Assembly (NCBI GenBank): GCA_016788065.1
Contig: JAEUTI010000096.1
Span: 58,065-122,064 of the forward strand
Reading direction: 5' to 3'
Length of the DNA stretch: 64,000 nt
From: Bacteroidia bacterium
GTDB taxonomy: Bacteria; Bacteroidota; Bacteroidia; AKYH767-A; OLB10
Each line of letters begins with the position of its first letter. Position 1 is the stretch's first letter. Under the pieces are notes generated by a model. The model made no database searches. It was not told where the DNA came from and saw only the letters and a list, made by a program, of their open reading frames with translations. The translations under genes and the position numbers were made by a program. Positions 61,901 to 64,000 of the stretch are shown in pieces.

Positions 61901-62656
61901 CTAAAAAGTAGCCACACAAGTAATGCCGGTTTGCTTCCCTTGCGGGGATGGATTAATCCACGGCATTATAAACGCAGTTGTATTTTTATTTTTCCATCGG
62001 TATCGATGTGTGAGCGATGACAATTGATAACTCGCAATTCCAATCCCTGCACCGGCAAAGACATCTGAAATCCAATGACGATTGTTTAACATTCTCGAAA
62101 CTCCTACTCCGGTAGCAGTGGCATAACCAGCAATGCTGATCCAAACCGATTTATGCCTGAATTGTTCATCCAGAAAAGCTGCTGACACAAAAGCCTGTGC
62201 GGTATGTCCGGATGGAAAAGTGGTACGCGCTCCCGTGTCGGGACGTGCTCCTTTTGTCAATGCTTTCAATGGATATACTACGGCCATCATGATTAATTCA
62301 GCTTTAGCGAGCTTAAGTATCATATTACCGGTTCCATCTTTACCCTTGATGCCGGAAACAGACATTCCAAGGGCAGCAGCTGCAGGGGCAAACTGAAGAT
62401 AATTATCGAGCTTATTATTGAATCCTGGCAGATACTCATTACGCTCTTCGACGATTTCAAAACGATCAATTTGAGCATCATCAGTCAACACATACAATCC
62501 GGTAGCAACCAGCACACCCGGAACTGCCCATTTTCGAAAATGATACATCCCTTTGCTTTCAGTAGTATCAGAATCAGTTTGTTGCGCATATATTTTAGCA
62601 GGCAACAAGATGATTACAAAAGAAAAAAAGACAATCAGGCAACTTCTTCGGAACAT
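61901..62656 (-). CDS. PAP2-superfamily phosphatase (second paralogue in the window)
   Basis: It has the motifs KALTKGARPD, PSGHTA and SRMLNNRHWISDV. The start is set at MFRRS (signal peptide). Confidence 0.7.
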   Translation of the reverse strand: MFRRSCLIVFFSFVIILLPAKIYAQQTDSDTTESKGMYHFRKWAVPGVLVATGLYVLTDDAQIDRFEIVEERNEYLPGFNNKLDNYLQFAPAAAALGMSVSGIKGKDGTGNMILKLAKAELIMMAVVYPLKALTKGARPDTGARTTFPSGHTAQAFVSAAFLDEQFRHKSVWISIAGYATATGVGVSRMLNNRHWISDVFAGAGIGIASYQLSSLTHRYRWKNKNTTAFIMPWINPSPQGKQTGITCVATF

Positions 62657-62764
62657 GCGACCCTTTGGTTTCAGCGTGTAAAATTGAGGATTTAAGAGGA
62701 CAATCCACCGGTATTTCCACAAAATTGTTTGATAATAGCTACTTTTGAAAAAAAACGACGACAC

Positions 62765-63766
62765 ATGAAAAAATTTGCAGTATCCTTATTTCTTATTGCC
62801 GGCGGATTATTTGCCGGAAATTTACAAGCTCAGGTAGGCCTTTCCAAGCCTGAAGCTATTGCCAAAGTAAAAGCCAGGACCATGTTGGTTATAGTGGAGG
62901 AGCCTTCTGAAAAACTATTGAGCACCATTAAACCGGAAGAACTTGAAAATTACAAAAAAGACATAGCAGATTATAATGCTATGATGGCTGAACTGGCCCC
63001 AAAAATCTGGAAAATTAGTCCGAAAATTGAATTTAAAACCAGAGCAGAGGTTTATAAACTTGTTGAAGCAAAAGATCCCGGTTATGCATTCATGGAATAT
63101 GAAAAATACCGTGTACAATTTGCATCTGCAGCTTCCTATTATGCAACCCGTCGTGCCTGTGGTTTCAAAGATAAATTAGCTGGTACAAACATCATGGGTG
63201 GTGATTACATCAAAAGTGAATTTTCCATCCGTTTGACTGATGATAAAATGTATGGTTTACAAATTATCGGCATTCCAATGCCAAGTCCCTGCCCTACCAG
63301 CGCTGATCTTGTTTTTGCAATGAAAACTATTCAGCTTCACTTTAAATACAAAGAAGAAGGATTGAGTGAAATTAAAATCAGTCAGTTATTCAAAACCAAT
63401 GCACCTCAATTGAAAAACATGAAGCTTTATGTGAATAAACAAGACACAGAAGCTACCTTGGAAGATATCAAAAAAGTATACAGCCACCCGGTTGAAATGT
63501 TTGATGGAAGAGCAGAAATTGATCAGGCTATTTTAAATGCTACCGAAGGAATTGCGGTTTGCATCATGATTCCTCATTCTGATCAAAGTTATTCGTTCTA
63601 CGTTTACAAGGCTTCTGATTTATCGGTTTTAGCTTACACTAATGACAGTCAATCGACCGGTGTTTCGGTTGGCGGAATTGGAATGGTTGATATGGCACGT
63701 GACTTAACCCGCAACAAAATGAAACGTGATCATTTTAAAATTTTCGGTAAACAGGCTGATAAATAA
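62765..63766 (+). CDS. Hypothetical secreted protein
   Basis: An ATG at 62765 gives the signal peptide MKKFAVSLFLIAGGLFAGNLQAQ. I recognise no family. Confidence 0.45.
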   Translation: MKKFAVSLFLIAGGLFAGNLQAQVGLSKPEAIAKVKARTMLVIVEEPSEKLLSTIKPEELENYKKDIADYNAMMAELAPKIWKISPKIEFKTRAEVYKLVEAKDPGYAFMEYEKYRVQFASAASYYATRRACGFKDKLAGTNIMGGDYIKSEFSIRLTDDKMYGLQIIGIPMPSPCPTSADLVFAMKTIQLHFKYKEEGLSEIKISQLFKTNAPQLKNMKLYVNKQDTEATLEDIKKVYSHPVEMFDGRAEIDQAILNATEGIAVCIMIPHSDQSYSFYVYKASDLSVLAYTNDSQSTGVSVGGIGMVDMARDLTRNKMKRDHFKIFGKQADK

Positions 63767-63785
63767 CTAATTGCACTAATATTCG

Positions 63786-63826
63786 AGCCTGAATAGCGGA
63801 CTAAAATCCGGTATTCAGGCTTTTTC
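63786..63826 (+). terminator. Rho-independent terminator
   Basis: The AGCCTGAATA...TATTCAGGCT stem, with an inner CGGA/TCCG pairing, is followed by TTTTTC. Confidence 0.7.
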
Positions 63827-63892
63827 TTTTCATTTTTTAAGGAAACGGTTTAAAACTTATCCACCAAGGGTTTCAGAAACCGTTTGTTTTCC

Positions 63893-63900
63893 TAATTTTG
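63893..63900 (+). promoter_or_regulatory. Bacteroidota -7 promoter box TAATTTTG upstream of metK
   Basis: This is an exact TAnnTTTG match, 72 nt before the ATG at 63973. Confidence 0.4.
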
Positions 63901-63972
63901 CACTCGAAAAATCAAACAGCGGATTACTTCAGGTAAAACACTGTCATCAAACAACAAAATTCAATCCTAAAA

Positions 63973-64000
63973 ATGGCTTATTTATTCACCTCAGAATCCG
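63973..64000 (+). CDS. metK: S-adenosylmethionine synthetase, first 9 codons only (runs off the window)
   Basis: MAYLFTSES matches the conserved MetK N-terminus (xYLFTSESVSEGHPDK). Only 28 nt are visible. Confidence 0.55.

Noticed and set aside
63830-63972. SAM-I or SAM-II riboswitch upstream of metK
   Set aside because: A CTTATCC string superficially recalls the SAM-I 5' end. However, the conserved GGCCC / GCAACC blocks and the SAM-II AAAGC-type pseudoknot elements are absent, and that string lies upstream of the predicted promoter box.

Overview
This 64-kb window looks like a gene-dense, mostly housekeeping stretch of a Bacteroidota chromosome. Three things support that assignment: TAnnTTTG promoter boxes, type IX secretion (T9SS) C-terminal sorting domains with gldA, and a GENNYALAA tmRNA tag. 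I call about 60 CDS. They include dnaK, panB, priA, corA, mazG, fbaB, accD, rpsO-pnp, rpoD, rpe, ahcY, ribF, atpDC, dtd, rsgA, gldA and the 5' end of metK. Also present are two two-component systems, an azurin-like lipoprotein and several T9SS cargo proteins. RNA and regulatory features are one tmRNA (ssrA), one TPP riboswitch in front of a TonB-dependent receptor, and several promoter boxes and terminator hairpins. I see no transposase, integrase, CRISPR array, reverse transcriptase or recognisable defence or toxin gene set. The most unusual structure lies immediately downstream of ssrA: an 86-bp tandem array (2.7 units) in which each unit carries a copy of the last 16-25 nt of tmRNA. It is preceded by unusually long hairpins and followed by two accessory-looking genes. 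I read this as scars of ssrA-targeted integrative elements, but that is inference. The other observations are domain or context oddities of modest interest: the thiamine and nicotinamide-riboside salvage neighbourhood, a GGGPS homologue next to a PPTase, a REC-PAS-LytTR regulator, a degenerate Rieske-like lipoprotein and a CotH/P-domain T9SS cargo. All product calls come from recognising motifs in the supplied translations, and no database search was possible.
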